From contig OZ024743.1 in assembly GCA_964016885.1 (NCBI GenBank), positions 351,168,001 through 351,232,000 on the forward strand: DNA of 64,000 nt, written 5' to 3'. Numbering within the stretch: the first letter of the stretch is position 1; the number at the start of each line of letters is the position of its first letter. The notes under the pieces were generated by a model. The model searched no databases and was not told the DNA's origin. It worked only from the letters and a program-made list of their open reading frames with translations. Below are positions 51,013 through 64,000 of this stretch, piece after piece. The stretch is from Eledone cirrhosa. Taxonomy: Eukaryota. Position numbers and translations under genes: made by a program.

Positions 51013-51618
51013 ACGTGTGTGTGCACGTGTGTGTGGGTGTGTGTGTGTGTGTGTGTGTGTGATTTGCCAGGACTCTCACAGGCGCAGTGCTCCACTGATG
51101 GAGACAGAATTCTTCCTTTGACCTGATGGTTTATTCTTAAACTAGGCGACCAAGTACTGAAAACTGAGACAGCTGTTTATCGGTGTTCGCTTTTCAGCCC
51201 AATCACCGACGTTGCTTCTCAAATAGATCTTTGCGTAACCCTGCACTTATGGCTGCCAAGTATTATGCCTCGATAAAGCGCAAGCCGGCATTTAACCAGG
51301 ACTGCTTTGTTAATACCTTCATATTTGAAGGTCGTTCGTCTATATGCCACCTGATGACCCAGTCTTATGGGAGTTATTTTCTGGAAACCAGATGTATGCA
51401 GATGAGTTGGGAAAGCAAACTTCATACTGAAAGATTTCCTTGAAGATGACACCGGGTTGGAGGCAAAGGAACTTCAGACGGCAATGCTGCAAATGGTGGG
51501 CTGAAAAAGGAATGTGTAGAAGATATCTATATATATAAACGTATATTCGAGGAGACGTGTATATTTTAACATTTATATATATATATACATATATATATAT
51601 ATGGGGGGGGGGGGGTTA

Positions 51619-51895
<277 letters not shown>

Positions 51896-52512
51896 AACAA
51901 CAAATGCCCAACAGTGTAGGTAGAGTATAAATAACTTAATTCTGTCTACCGAAACTGAAACTAGTTGTAAGTAATATCACAGGTGTCACATCCCATGGGT
52001 GATAAATCCTGACCGGGTTTCATTTCAGGCTGAAATTAGTTCTACTGAGAAGCTTTAGATATAAACACGTGATGTATTTACCTACCATAGCTGTGCCGGT
52101 GTCCCATTTAATACATGTTTGTATGTATGTATGTATGTATTTATGTGTGTATGTATGTATGTGTGTATGTATTTATGTATGTATGTATGTATTTATGTGT
52201 GTATGTATGTATGTGTGTATGTATTTATGTGTGTATGTATGTATTTGTGTGTGTATGTATGTATGTGTGTATGTATGTGAGTACGTAACGTATGTGTATA
52301 TATGGATATGCATGACATACATACATATGTATACATGGGCGAGAATGAGAGAGACTTATAAATATCTTAATGATAATATAATATTAGGTATCAAAATAGA
52401 GTACCGGTGACCTTGTGTATGTGATGTGCGACGAATAACTTTGATACTTAATAATATATATTGTTATTACAAAATAACATCTAAATTAATATAAAAATAT
52501 ATATATACATAC

Positions 52513-52544
<32 letters not shown>

Positions 52545-53498
52545 GTATATGTATGTTTGCTTAGGTATAATTATGCGTGTATGTATTTGGGCATGCTGCC
52601 ATTTCTGCCAACGTCTACGTGTCGAAATACATTGATTAAATTACTTATACATTCTATAGAATGTATTATCTCAATTGTGTGTGAAACTGGTGTAGTAAAA
52701 CAATAATTCCAGTGCGGTGCTGGAGAGGTCAGCTGTAATGAAATATTCTGCACACAAATCATTAATTAATCTCAATGTTACTTAAACAAAATAACAACAT
52801 GACAACTTCAGAAAGGAAAACCTTTCAAACAGATGATACAAACGAACATTGATGCAGAATTAATATTATGATGGATTGATAGATTCGATAACCTTACAGG
52901 TATTTATTAAAATGTGTGCCGAATTTAATGAAATTTATAAACCAAGGTTAATTCAAATTAACCCTCTTTTAATCAGGCATTCAAATATATAGTTAAACTT
53001 TTATCATGAATTATCGGAATATTTAATTTTGTTCAATTTGTATGTTTTATTTATCCCCTTTAAAAACAATTGATCGTCAGAACAATATATTAGAACCAAA
53101 ACACTTGTAAACATTTTAGTATGAAGCTTATTACTCTTTTTTTCTCTTAATATATTCTGCTGTCAGCTTTTCTATAAAATTTTAAAAAGAATAAACATTT
53201 TTGAAAGAAAGCATGAATGGTAATTTTGCATGCTAATGCAAGCTATTTTAAAAAAGAAAAAATATTTTCTGCAACGCTAAAAATTACGGCAGCCATATTT
53301 CCTTACAACAATCATATTCGTTTTATTTCTAACCAGAGGACATGATCTTATTAACAGCCAGTGTTTTGTCATATGCTCTGTGTGATATCCTCCACTCGTT
53401 GCCCTTCTGGCAATAAAAGAAAACATCATCATTATCATTATCCATATCCTCATCATCTTCATCATCAACTATTACTATTATTATCATTATTATTATTA

Positions 53499-55575
53499 AG
53501 AGGTCGTCCACAATTCAATGAGTCGACTACACAGACCACAAATGTGTGATTTGTGTGGTCGATCAAGATAAGCTTCATAGACAGAGACCCGGTTACTGAA
53601 AGCTGAACGCGTCGTTCTCGGCGCGCAAAGATTCAAAGACCGGATTAGTGAATTAAATAAGCGGGCGTTGACAGGAGCAATCGTCAATAACAAAGGACTA
53701 TTAGAGTAGAATCGATAACGTTTAGTAACGATAGAGAAAGTTAGAGGAGAGGGAGATCTAGTTAGAAACCTAGAAGAATCACTTGCTAAAGGCAGCAAAT
53801 CCAACGTGCTTGCGGTGATATTGGCCCTCGGCCACTTCTTCAATGATAAGCACAAAGGTTGCCTTGTCAGAGTTAAGGTACGTGCTCTTAGACGCGAGGC
53901 GACAAAAGCCCTTGAATGGGTTCGAGTGGTAAAGGCGAAGTATGGCAACGAAGCCACAATCTGGTCTTTGGCGAACCACGACAGGTGCATTGTGCTTGAT
54001 CCTAAGCAGATGTGCGCGGTTTTTCAGCGACACTTCGCTCAAATGTTCGGCAGTGGTGGTGGGTCGGATCGAGGGATAAACTACAAAGTCTACCTCGATG
54101 GGCTGCCGCGGATTTCGGCGAGGGAAGCAGTGTGTTATGAAAAGCCGATAACAGCAGATGAAATATGGGACGTGATGGCTAACTGCACAATCGCCTAGAT
54201 TGGATAGTCTGCCTTTCGCAAACTTGCCAGATTTGATTCAGCAACATCTTAGGCGACGTTTATGTCAACTGGCAGCAGAACGGCAGAATTCCCAGTTCTG
54301 TGATCCGAGGGATTGTCGCGGCCACTATTCAAAGTTAGAGTGGTTAGAGTGAACGGTCACCTTTCGGAACCGCTCAACATATGCGCTCCGTCTCCTCTTA
54401 TCCTTTTTTTATGTATTGACTCTCGAGCTACTACCACACAAATTAGAGATGTTGAGGGTTATCTCGCGTGAGCTAGGATGTGGGAGATCCATGTCAGTAT
54501 ATGCTGATGACGTCATCCCAATATTGTCGAACACCAAACACATTGAGATGATCGGCACCGCTCTCAGGGAGTACGAAGTGGTAACAAGAGCAAAACTTAA
54601 CCAGGAAAAGTCGAGAAGCCTGCAGTTCGGCATATAGAGAGGCTGGATGGACAGACTGGTTAAATTCCTTGGGGTTTCGTTCGGTCCAGACCTTCAAATA
54701 GACAAACGTGGTGGCCTCTCTCACCCAGAAATGCCCCGAGAGGAAGCTATACTTGAAAGGTCGGGCAGCGGTGGCGAACGTGTACATCGCGTCCATCATC
54801 TACTACCACCTGACCGTTGTGCCTTGTCCTAGTCCATGTCTGACTGCACTGGAACTTCTACTCTTTCGCTTTTTGTGGAAGGGACAGGTTCCATTGGTCA
54901 GGTAGTCCATCTGCTATCAACGCCCGCTCCGTGGAGGATTGGGCATTCCGTGGCCCATGATGCGCAAAAATGGTGATGCGCTCAGGCTACGACATCTCCA
55001 ACTTTTCCTTGATGGTGAACAGGTGTGGTCACCGTTCGCTAGACACATTTTTTTCCCTGCTCGTCTGCTTAACAGAGCTTGAATCCTGGGTCAAGCGGAA
55101 ACCGATAGGGAGCGCTTGGAAACGGGGAAAAAACGACTACGTTCTTGGAGAGACTCTGGACGTTGACGAAAATCAACTAGCCACTTTTTACCTGAGAACT
55201 TTCAGAGATGTACGGAGTGTGACGAAACTATCCTGCACGCACTCATCGAGTTTCTGAGTATTTCTGACCTGTGGGTTTATGTCGAGAACCTGCTGTCGTG
55301 TGTAGGACGGATCCGACTATCAACTGAGTCGATTGTGAAGATCGCCCGACCGTCTTCGTTTAGAGAAGAGCAGGAAGTTTTTATCTGCCTGGTGGCTATA
55401 GCGAAAGAGGCGTTTGAAAGTGTTTAAGACAAGTACTTTTCTATTCGGCGAAGCCCTGATTAACTTTTTCAGGTTTCACTTGAAGAGGAAAATCAGTGTG
55501 CGGAGGGATGGGCTGCCTTGTAACCAATTTGTTCAAAGTTGGGTGAGAGTGGCGAGGATGGTCCGTGGGAATTGG
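53499..55575 (+). mobile_element. Decayed 5'-truncated Tx1 ORF2 fragment (ATT family), copy I
   Basis: KHKGCLVRVKVRALRRE, SVYADDV, KGRAAVANVYIAS, FHLKRKI. Preceded by (ATT)n. Confidence 0.85.
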
Positions 55576-57077
55576 ATGCGATCATATGTTGGAATTTCAA
55601 TATTGTTTTAAAATTAGAATCGATGAATTAACCCTTTCGTTTCCATATTTTTAGTGAAAGACACTACTGATAATTTCTGTATAAATTTGTAGAGATTTAG
55701 TAATATAACTACTTTTTCCGTTTTTCATCTGGTGTTTGGAGCATTTCTTAAATGGAATTATAATAGATTACTATGAATAGTTTAATATAAACATAATGTA
55801 TCGTAGAACCAGGGTCAATTACTGGTGGCTTGGCATCAAAAGGTTAAATGTAAAAAGGAAGGTTCCTATGTGTATCTAAGGTGTGATGTAATGCAATCGC
55901 GAGAAACAATTTGACGAATGCTCTCCAGTTTTATAATCAATTTGGTGGCTATGATGACCGATATTACACAACGGATAAAATACCTCTATAGACAGAAAAA
56001 TGTAGCCAGCAGCTGCTGCGGAAAATCGAATACTGTATCTCTCAAATTCGGGCCAAGTGTTCAAACCATTATGCTAAGGGACCGCTGACCACAACTTGTC
56101 TGAAACAGCTTTGGGTATAAACAATATTCTGTACAGACTTTTAAAAAAATATTTATTGATTTTTATTCACGTATTTCTGAAATATGAATGCTATTGTACT
56201 GCCCGCATTTGTAACACGAAATCTATTTTATATGAAGCAAGAAATATTCTTCTTGATAACAAGTAATATATAATTACTTATTCGCGAAAAACGCCGAATA
56301 TTGAGAAAATGATGAAAAAGGATCAAGCAAAAGCATATAAGTGCCATTGAGTTGTTCTATCTAAATGGTTGATAGTAAGATTAGTACCGTTATTCTTCTA
56401 ATCCAACAAAGCAAATATGTTGAGCCCTTATGACATATACGTATGGCGAGTTTTGTATTTTCATATAGATCTCGAGACACTTGTTTTAAGGAAACATTAA
56501 ATAGTTTTCTTAATGTTCTTAATGTGAGTAGTTTTAAGAAGATCTGTATAAGAAAAGAAGTATAGACTAGATATTACTTTCAAGATATTTTTATAGATTC
56601 TTTGTGTGCTACATAATTACATCTCCTTAAATGATATTCTGGTTTTTAGTTAGAGTTATTTCTTTTGTGATTTACAGCAACTAGAATATAATTGATGTAA
56701 ATACATTCGAAGAGCAACAATTCTTGTTTAGATTAAATCTCTTAATGCTAATGTGTTGCAATGTGTTCAATAATGCAACAACCTTGCAAAATAACAGCTG
56801 TAAATGTGAATGGGGAGTGTGGGAGGTGATACGTTGCAAAGATATCTCTACTGCTCTACTTCACTGTTAAAAGAAAAAGATGTAATTCTTCCACAGAAGT
56901 TCCCAATTGCATTTGGCAGAAATCTACGTTTAAAATACTGCGGGGCTAGAACTGTATCATTCATAGGAATGAAACAGTTGACAAATTTTGAAATTCGACC
57001 ATAATTATATTATATATATAGGAACGATCGACTTTCCAATTGCTAATACTATCTATCGGTCGCAACTCCAGGTAGAA

Positions 57078-57910
<833 letters not shown>

Positions 57911-57921
57911 GTATGTATATA

Positions 57922-57973
<52 letters not shown>

Positions 57974-58586
57974 GGAAAACGAAAAATCAGTGATGCATCG
58001 GAACTCAATTTATTGTGTTACAATTGTTTCCCCGGCGGACAGCTCGAGGTGCGATCTGTGTGTGGATCTACCTGACTCTAGACTCGCAGGTTCCTCGGAC
58101 ACGTCTATTGATTTCGGAGCATATCCAATTTCTGGGGTTTTCTGGCCCTACAAGCCTATGTCGTCCACCTTCATCCGCTTTGCGCGTCCTTGGGTTGGTC
58201 ACTGGTTAGTGACGTCATCATTATTCTGACCACCGGTAGCAGCCCGTGGGCAATCAGGGCGTGAGCTGTCACTCACCTACTGTCCCGTCGACAAAATTAC
58301 TGCTGTCTGCCAGCCCCCCCCCCCCCCCCCACGCCCCCCCCACACACACACACGCACGCGCACACACACACACACACACACACACAGATACGGACAGATA
58401 CATACAGAGTAGCATGTGTGCTTACGTTCACACATGTACACCCAGAAGCATACACACATATCACACATAAATAGTCACACAAATATACGCATACATGCAC
58501 ACAGAGAGGCACGCACACACACACACACGCGCGCGTGTATATACGCACGCATATACACACACACACACATACACGCACATGTTCAT

Positions 58587-59129
58587 AATCCAACTCTAAA
58601 TCAAGAAACTATTATTCCTATTATTCCTATCGCAAACAACTTCTCCAATCCAATTCCTTCTATAGATAACACTAGATCACTCATTAATAATCTCTCTAAT
58701 TGCAACTGCCGCATTAAAAATAAATGTCCTCTCAACAACCATTGCCTCGATAAAAACTTAATTTATGAATGTAAAATTATAACTAGCACCAATTCCTTCA
58801 CCTATTTTGGCTCCACTTCCACCTCTTTTAAAGCTCGTCTCTATAATCATCATTCATCTTTCAAATACAAACTTAAAAGAACTAACACTGCTCTCTCAGA
58901 ACTCATATGGTCCTTAAAAGACAAAAACATTAAATATACCATCTTTTGGAAGAAGATTTCTTCTGCATCCTCATACTTGAACAGCTCTCTATCTAAAATC
59001 TGTAATCTCTGCCTAAATGAAAAATTTACCATTATCTCTAACCTAGATTCTATAATAAATAGACGCTCAGATTTGTTTTCTATCTGCCTGCATAAATTCC
59101 ATAGAACTTTTCACAAAGTATACAGTTAA
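58587..59129 (+). pseudogene. Penelope-like element GIY-YIG endonuclease (5'-truncated ORF)
   Basis: CNCRIKNKCPLNNHC..LIYEC..TYFGST..FKARLYNH..TALSELIW..CNLCLNEK..INRRSDLFSICLH. The upstream part of ORF 58416..59129 is microsatellite read-through. Confidence 0.85.
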
Positions 59130-59623
59130 TATTCAATTCTTTATCAATTTAGAATCTTTTCTCAAAGGCACATATACATACACCTCTTTAAAATATACCC
59201 ATCTACCTTACTTTAAAGGGCATTATACACTCTATAATACTCGTTTACTCATTACCCTCATTCTATCTTCTCGTAAAATAATAACATTTGTTTTTGACAT
59301 TTTGAATATTCATCCGCAATCATTATTATTTTTTCTCTCTATCATAAATCTTTTTAATCTCAATTTCATCCTTAATTTATTATTATTTTTTTCTCCCCAT
59401 CAACGAACTCATTATTAATACATATTAACTCTTATATGTATTATCAATTCAATATACAAACTTTAACTTCACATTATTTTTCTCAAATCCTTCTACACAC
59501 AAACCTTAACAATTTTTCTCTTCGCTAATTTTGAAATTTCCACAATACATACATTTCTTCTTTTAACGTTAGAATATTCACCCACAATTATTATTTTTTT
59601 CTCTCTATCTTCATACATAATTT

Positions 59624-60030
59624 CCCTTCGTTAATTTTCAAATTCCTTTAATTTATACATTATCTTCCAACGGTTCCCAACCTCTCTATATTAAAACAAT
59701 ATATCTTTTTCTCAGTTATAAAAACTATCTCTTTCTCTCTATCACCCACCTCTCCCTCTCCACCTTCACTCTCATCTCCTCCCCTTTTTTTCATCCTTTC
59801 CACCACCCTCCTCCCTAAATAAAATATTTTTCCTCGCACATATCCTCCCTTCGTTAATTTTCAAAATTTTTAATTTATACAGTATCTTCCAACGGTTTTC
59901 AACCCCTCTATGTAAAAAATATATCTCCTCTCAGTTATAAAAACTATCTCTTTCTCTCTATCACCCATCTCTCCCTCTCATCTCCTTCCCTTTTCATCCT
60001 TCCCCCCCCCCTCTAAATAAAATATTTTTC
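59624..60030 (+). repeat. Imperfect tandem duplication in the Penelope 3' region (~59624-59830 and ~59847-60030)
   Basis: Shared CCCTTCGTTAATTTTCAAA...CTCAGTTATAAAAACTATCTCTTTCTCTCTATCACCCA...TAAATAAAATATTTTT. Confidence 0.8.
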
Positions 60031-60126
60031 CCAATATCACACATCAATCTAAAACCACTTTTCATATGTTGATTTAAAACTGCACTATCCACAAGTGTTT
60101 TTTAGCCTTCATATCATGTTCTCCTG

Positions 60127-60193
60127 TTTTATCTGATGAAAACACAAATATTATTGCTTGATGATGTTTGTTTTTGAAATGCGCATAATAAAA
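60127..60193 (+). ncRNA. Minimal type I hammerhead ribozyme motif
   Basis: Stem I UUUUAU/AUAAAA, CUGAUGA (60133-39), stem II 60140-75, GAAA (60176-79), U-GCGC-A, UA. Predicted cleavage after 60187. Confidence 0.75.
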
Positions 60194-60324
60194 TATATAG
60201 AACTCCTTTAACCATCTTTTGATCTTATATTATATATATATATATATATATATAAACAAGGTTTAGTAAATAATGAAAAAGTTTCAAAATAAATTTTAAA
60301 AAATTGACTTTACCTACTATAGTT

Positions 60325-60408
60325 ACCTTTACCGATCGGTTTCGAATCCCAAAAATAAAACGGAGACCATACGGCCTTCGTTGCAAAGAAAGATTCTCGT
60401 CAGAAGGT
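60325..60408 (-). ncRNA. Type I hammerhead ribozyme motif (left arm)
   Basis: Reverse complement of 60766-60849. Confidence 0.8.
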
Positions 60409-60765
60409 TCTTTTCATTCAAAGAATATAAAATTCATGAATTTAAATCACAAACTAGCGCTATCAAAAACTGTTCCTGGGATGAGAGTACTTGGTTGGAC
60501 AATACATGCGTCCCTTGGCGCCTTGTGCGTGAAGGGACGTATTTCATATTACTACTACCTGCACTAACGTTGAGAACAAACCGGGTCATTCCGACTGCTG
60601 CTAGCAATAGCGGTGGCTAGTTTGACCTACCTCCTTTTGCCTCTATCTTTGCTACGGCCCTTGATAAACCTGTTCAACATCATCCACTCTCATCCCAGGA
60701 ACAGTTTTTGATAGCGCTAGTTTGTGATTTAAATTCATGAATTTTATATTCTTTGAATGAAAAGA

Positions 60766-60849
60766 ACCTTCTGACGAGAATCTTTCTTTGCAACGAAGGC
60801 CGTATGGTCTCCGTTTTATTTTGGGGATTCGAAACCGATCGGTAAAGGT
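60766..60849 (+). ncRNA. Type I hammerhead ribozyme motif (right arm)
   Basis: ACCUU-CUGACGA-GAAUCUUU...GGGGAUUC-GAAA-CC GAUC GG-UA^AAGGU. All core bases and stems I-III are present. Predicted cleavage after GUA at 60844. Confidence 0.85.
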
Positions 60850-61024
60850 AACTATAGTAGGTAAAGTCAATTTTTTAAAATTTATTTTGAAACTTTTTCA
60901 TTATTTACTAAACCTTGTTTATATTTTTGTTCTGGCTCGTTAATTTATTAACCCGCCATTGAACCACATTGGCACTTGGTTGGACAATACATGCGTCCCT
61001 TGGCGCCTTGTGCGTGAAGGGACG

Positions 61025-61181
<157 letters not shown>

Positions 61182-61320
61182 ATTATGAAGAGAGAAGAAA
61201 CATGAGATATAATTAGTAATAAGATATATCATACCCAGCTGTTTCTTCCGTCACCACTAACACAGGGATATGTGTGGATATATTCATGTATATGTATGTG
61301 TCCGCATGTATCTGTGTGTT

Positions 61321-61394
<74 letters not shown>

Positions 61395-61467
61395 TTTAAA
61401 AAATCAAGTCATTAGAGATATACTTCACTGCTTTACGATCGTTTCTAGATGATGATAATGTGTATAT

Positions 61468-61533
<66 letters not shown>

Positions 61534-62428
61534 ATGGAGTGTAACGTGAAGTTACTGTAAGTTCACCCAGGTGAACACTCGATATTTAGGTTCACGTCAG
61601 TGGCGAGGTGTATAGCTAGACAGAGTGTAATATAATAATACAAGGACGATTTGTTAGGCCTTCATTACGTTTATTGATTGGTGACGCGCGTATATATACA
61701 CCTTTAGCGACAGTAGGTAAAAATGAATATCTATTATATGTACTAAAATTACCTTATTTGTGGAAATTAATCAAAATAACTGAGATTATAATTAAAATAT
61801 GTTATATGTGGTGGCAGAGTGCTGTTCCAACTCATTGTCATGAACGATTACAGGGATGAAAGAATATAAAACATAAAATGGAAGATCGTTTTTGTTCATT
61901 TCATTTTCGATTTGAATGTAACACAGAGCTGTCAAAACTTTGCCAAATCCACTAATTAAGAGGAGTTAGATAAAAATTACATTATTTCTCTTTAGCAATC
62001 AGAGTATCTGATTTCTTGTTTGCTATTAATTAAAGTGATATATGTAAATGCTGTGCTGTGAGTGGTCAATAACTGACTGAATTTATTGCAATTTGCTGGC
62101 AATTTATTGATGATTATCTTGCCAAATGTTTAATTGGATTGGCAATTAAAACACAAACAAGCATCTCAGTTGAACAACTAGTGCTCATGATCAATGCAAC
62201 TCTAGATGAGCACAGGTCATGCAGAGACAGAAGATTTTATAGGTGAAATAGGGATTGCAGAAAAAGGGAAAGAGAGACAGGGATACAGATTCACAGACAG
62301 AAAGAGAGGAAGAAGTAGAATGGAGAGAGATTCTGTCGAACATCTATGAATAAAGTGCATTTTGTAGTTCTATTTTCACTCTTTGCCTTGCTACGTATTT
62401 ATGGCTTTGCGGTATTATTATAATAATA

Positions 62429-63030
62429 GGACGGTGGATTGGCAGTATCGGTAGAGGTTCGGACGCCTTGCTTTGACGCATAGAGTTACGGCCCTTGCCA
62501 TTCTGAGTTCAAATCCCGCCGAGGTTAACTTTGCCTTTCATCCTTACGGGTTCGATAAAATAAAGTACCAGTAATGTACTGAGTAATTGCTGGCCTTGTG
62601 CCAAAAGTAGAAACAATTATTATGATAATAGGACGATGGATTGGCAGTATCGGTAGAGGGTCAGACGCCATGCTTTGCAGCATAGAGTTACGGTCCTTTA
62701 TGATCTGAGTTCGAATCCCGCCGAGGTTAATTTGTCTTTCATCCTTACGAGGTCGATAAAATAAAGTACCAGTAATGCACTGAGTAATTGCTGGGTTTGT
62801 GCCAAATGTAGAAACAATTATTATATGATAAATAAGGGCGGTGGTTTGGCAGTATCGGTAGAGGGTCGAATGCAATGCTTTTCAGCATAGAGTTACGACT
62901 CGTTTTGGTCTAATTTCAAATCCCGCCGAGGTTAATTTTGACTTCATCCTTACGGGGTCGATAAAATAAAGTATCAGTAATACACTGGGATAATTACTGG
63001 CCTTGTGCCAAAAGTAGAAACAATTATTAT
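62429..63030 (+). mobile_element. Tandem array of three SINE copies
   Basis: About 62429-62620, 62630-62822 and 62836-63030, each ending GTAGAAACAATTATTAT. Confidence 0.88.
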
Positions 63031-63165
63031 ATGAGAAACGAGGTTATTTAAGGTATTTCTTTCGACTCTTTACGTTTATGTTCAAATCCTGCTAATGTTA
63101 ACTTTACCTTTCTTCCTTCCGGGGTTGATAAAATAAAGTACCTATTCAGCACCGGAGTCGATTAA

Positions 63166-63356
63166 AATTGTTACTACTTTTGGCACAAAGCCAGCAATTA
63201 TCTCAGTGCATTACTGGTACTTTATTTTATTGACTCCGCAAGGATCAAAGGCAAAGTTAAAACCTCGGCGGGATTTGAACTCAGAATGGCAAGGGCCGTC
63301 ACTCTATACGTTAATGCATGGTGTCCGACCCTCTACCGATACTGCCAATCCAGCGC
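63166..63356 (-). mobile_element. SINE copy (preceded by a + strand SINE fragment at ~63060-63165)
   Basis: Reverse complement of the SINE consensus. Confidence 0.8.
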
Positions 63357-63613
63357 CATTAGATCAATAATAGTAAGGGCTGTGGGTAAGCAAAATCAGT
63401 AGAATAATGCCTATGTATATAAATATATGAACTACTAATTTCCCATTGCTTTTAAAACATTCCTCAAATCGCGACGTTTATCCATCTCAAACATATTTTG
63501 AAAAATATATCTATAAATATATATATATGTGTATTACTCGAGGAGCAACTGCATAACATATACCTAATTCATATACACATTGCGTAAAGCAATTACACAC
63601 ATGCACACTCAAC

Positions 63614-63710
<97 letters not shown>

Positions 63711-64000
63711 TAGATAAAGTTGATTGACATTCAAATATGGGTCGAAAGTGGCTGACAAGTCGCTTAGCGACCTTCTGTTATTGATTTGTCTACAAATAAA
63801 GTGGGAAGAGCGTCATCGAGCTGAGAAGGATCATATCTGGTTTGGAACTTTCCCAATATACCGTAATCACTAATTTATGCCACCTCCACACAGTACACAC
63901 GTTCGATACAAGCGCGTACGTGCATTGCATGCACCCATACACAGTTGTGTATATATATATATATATATATATAAATGAAAGGTATAGAAAACATTGTAGC

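Larger units (their letters stand above)
60254..60920. repeat. Inverted repeat, ~235-bp arms (60254-60488 and 60686-60920)
   Basis: Reverse-complement arms with one visible substitution and a 197-bp spacer. The first ~60 bp of the spacer recurs directly at 60974-61034. Confidence 0.9.

Noticed and set aside
52571-56130. Possible host exons on the minus strand (~52660-52735, ~55876-56130)
   Set aside because: Short, with no recognisable protein family or consistent splice pair. RNA-seq would be needed.
62429-63030. Regularly spaced repeats resembling a CRISPR array
   Set aside because: Tandem ~200-bp SINE copies with no unique spacers, in a eukaryotic context with no cas genes.

Overview
Eukaryotic, microsatellite-rich window with no host gene I can support. 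The tRNA-headed Nin/Deu-domain SINE and dense (TA)n/(TAA)n/(GATA)n/(CATA)n tracts suggest an octopod cephalopod (inference). Most of the window is retroelement, sorted by microsatellite type. (TAA)n tracts hold an R4/Dong-like RT+restriction-like-endonuclease element and fragments (3.7-8.7 kb, +), a tandem array of Tx1-clade (L1 group) elements on the opposite strand (8.8-22.3 kb) and many SINEs. (GATA)n tracts hold a second Tx1 lineage (28-43 kb), one copy with an intact 1145-aa ORF2. (CATA)n tracts hold RTE-derived non-autonomous elements. (TA)n tracts hold Penelope-like GIY-YIG fragments with hammerhead ribozyme motifs and fold-back palindromes. Four observations stand out. (1) All four full-length Tx1 copies have a 5' splice-site consensus at the end of ORF1, with candidate acceptors just inside ORF2 (in-frame ORF1-ORF2 fusion) or at the ORF2 stop codon (ORF2 removed as an intron). 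(2) Tx1 insertions are orientation-specific in (TATC)n and (ATT)n. (3) The SINE 3' tail resembles the Tx1 3' end. (4) There are three complete type I hammerhead motifs at about 60 kb plus a family of outward-facing half-hammerhead palindromes. All calls are by eye; no searches were run.
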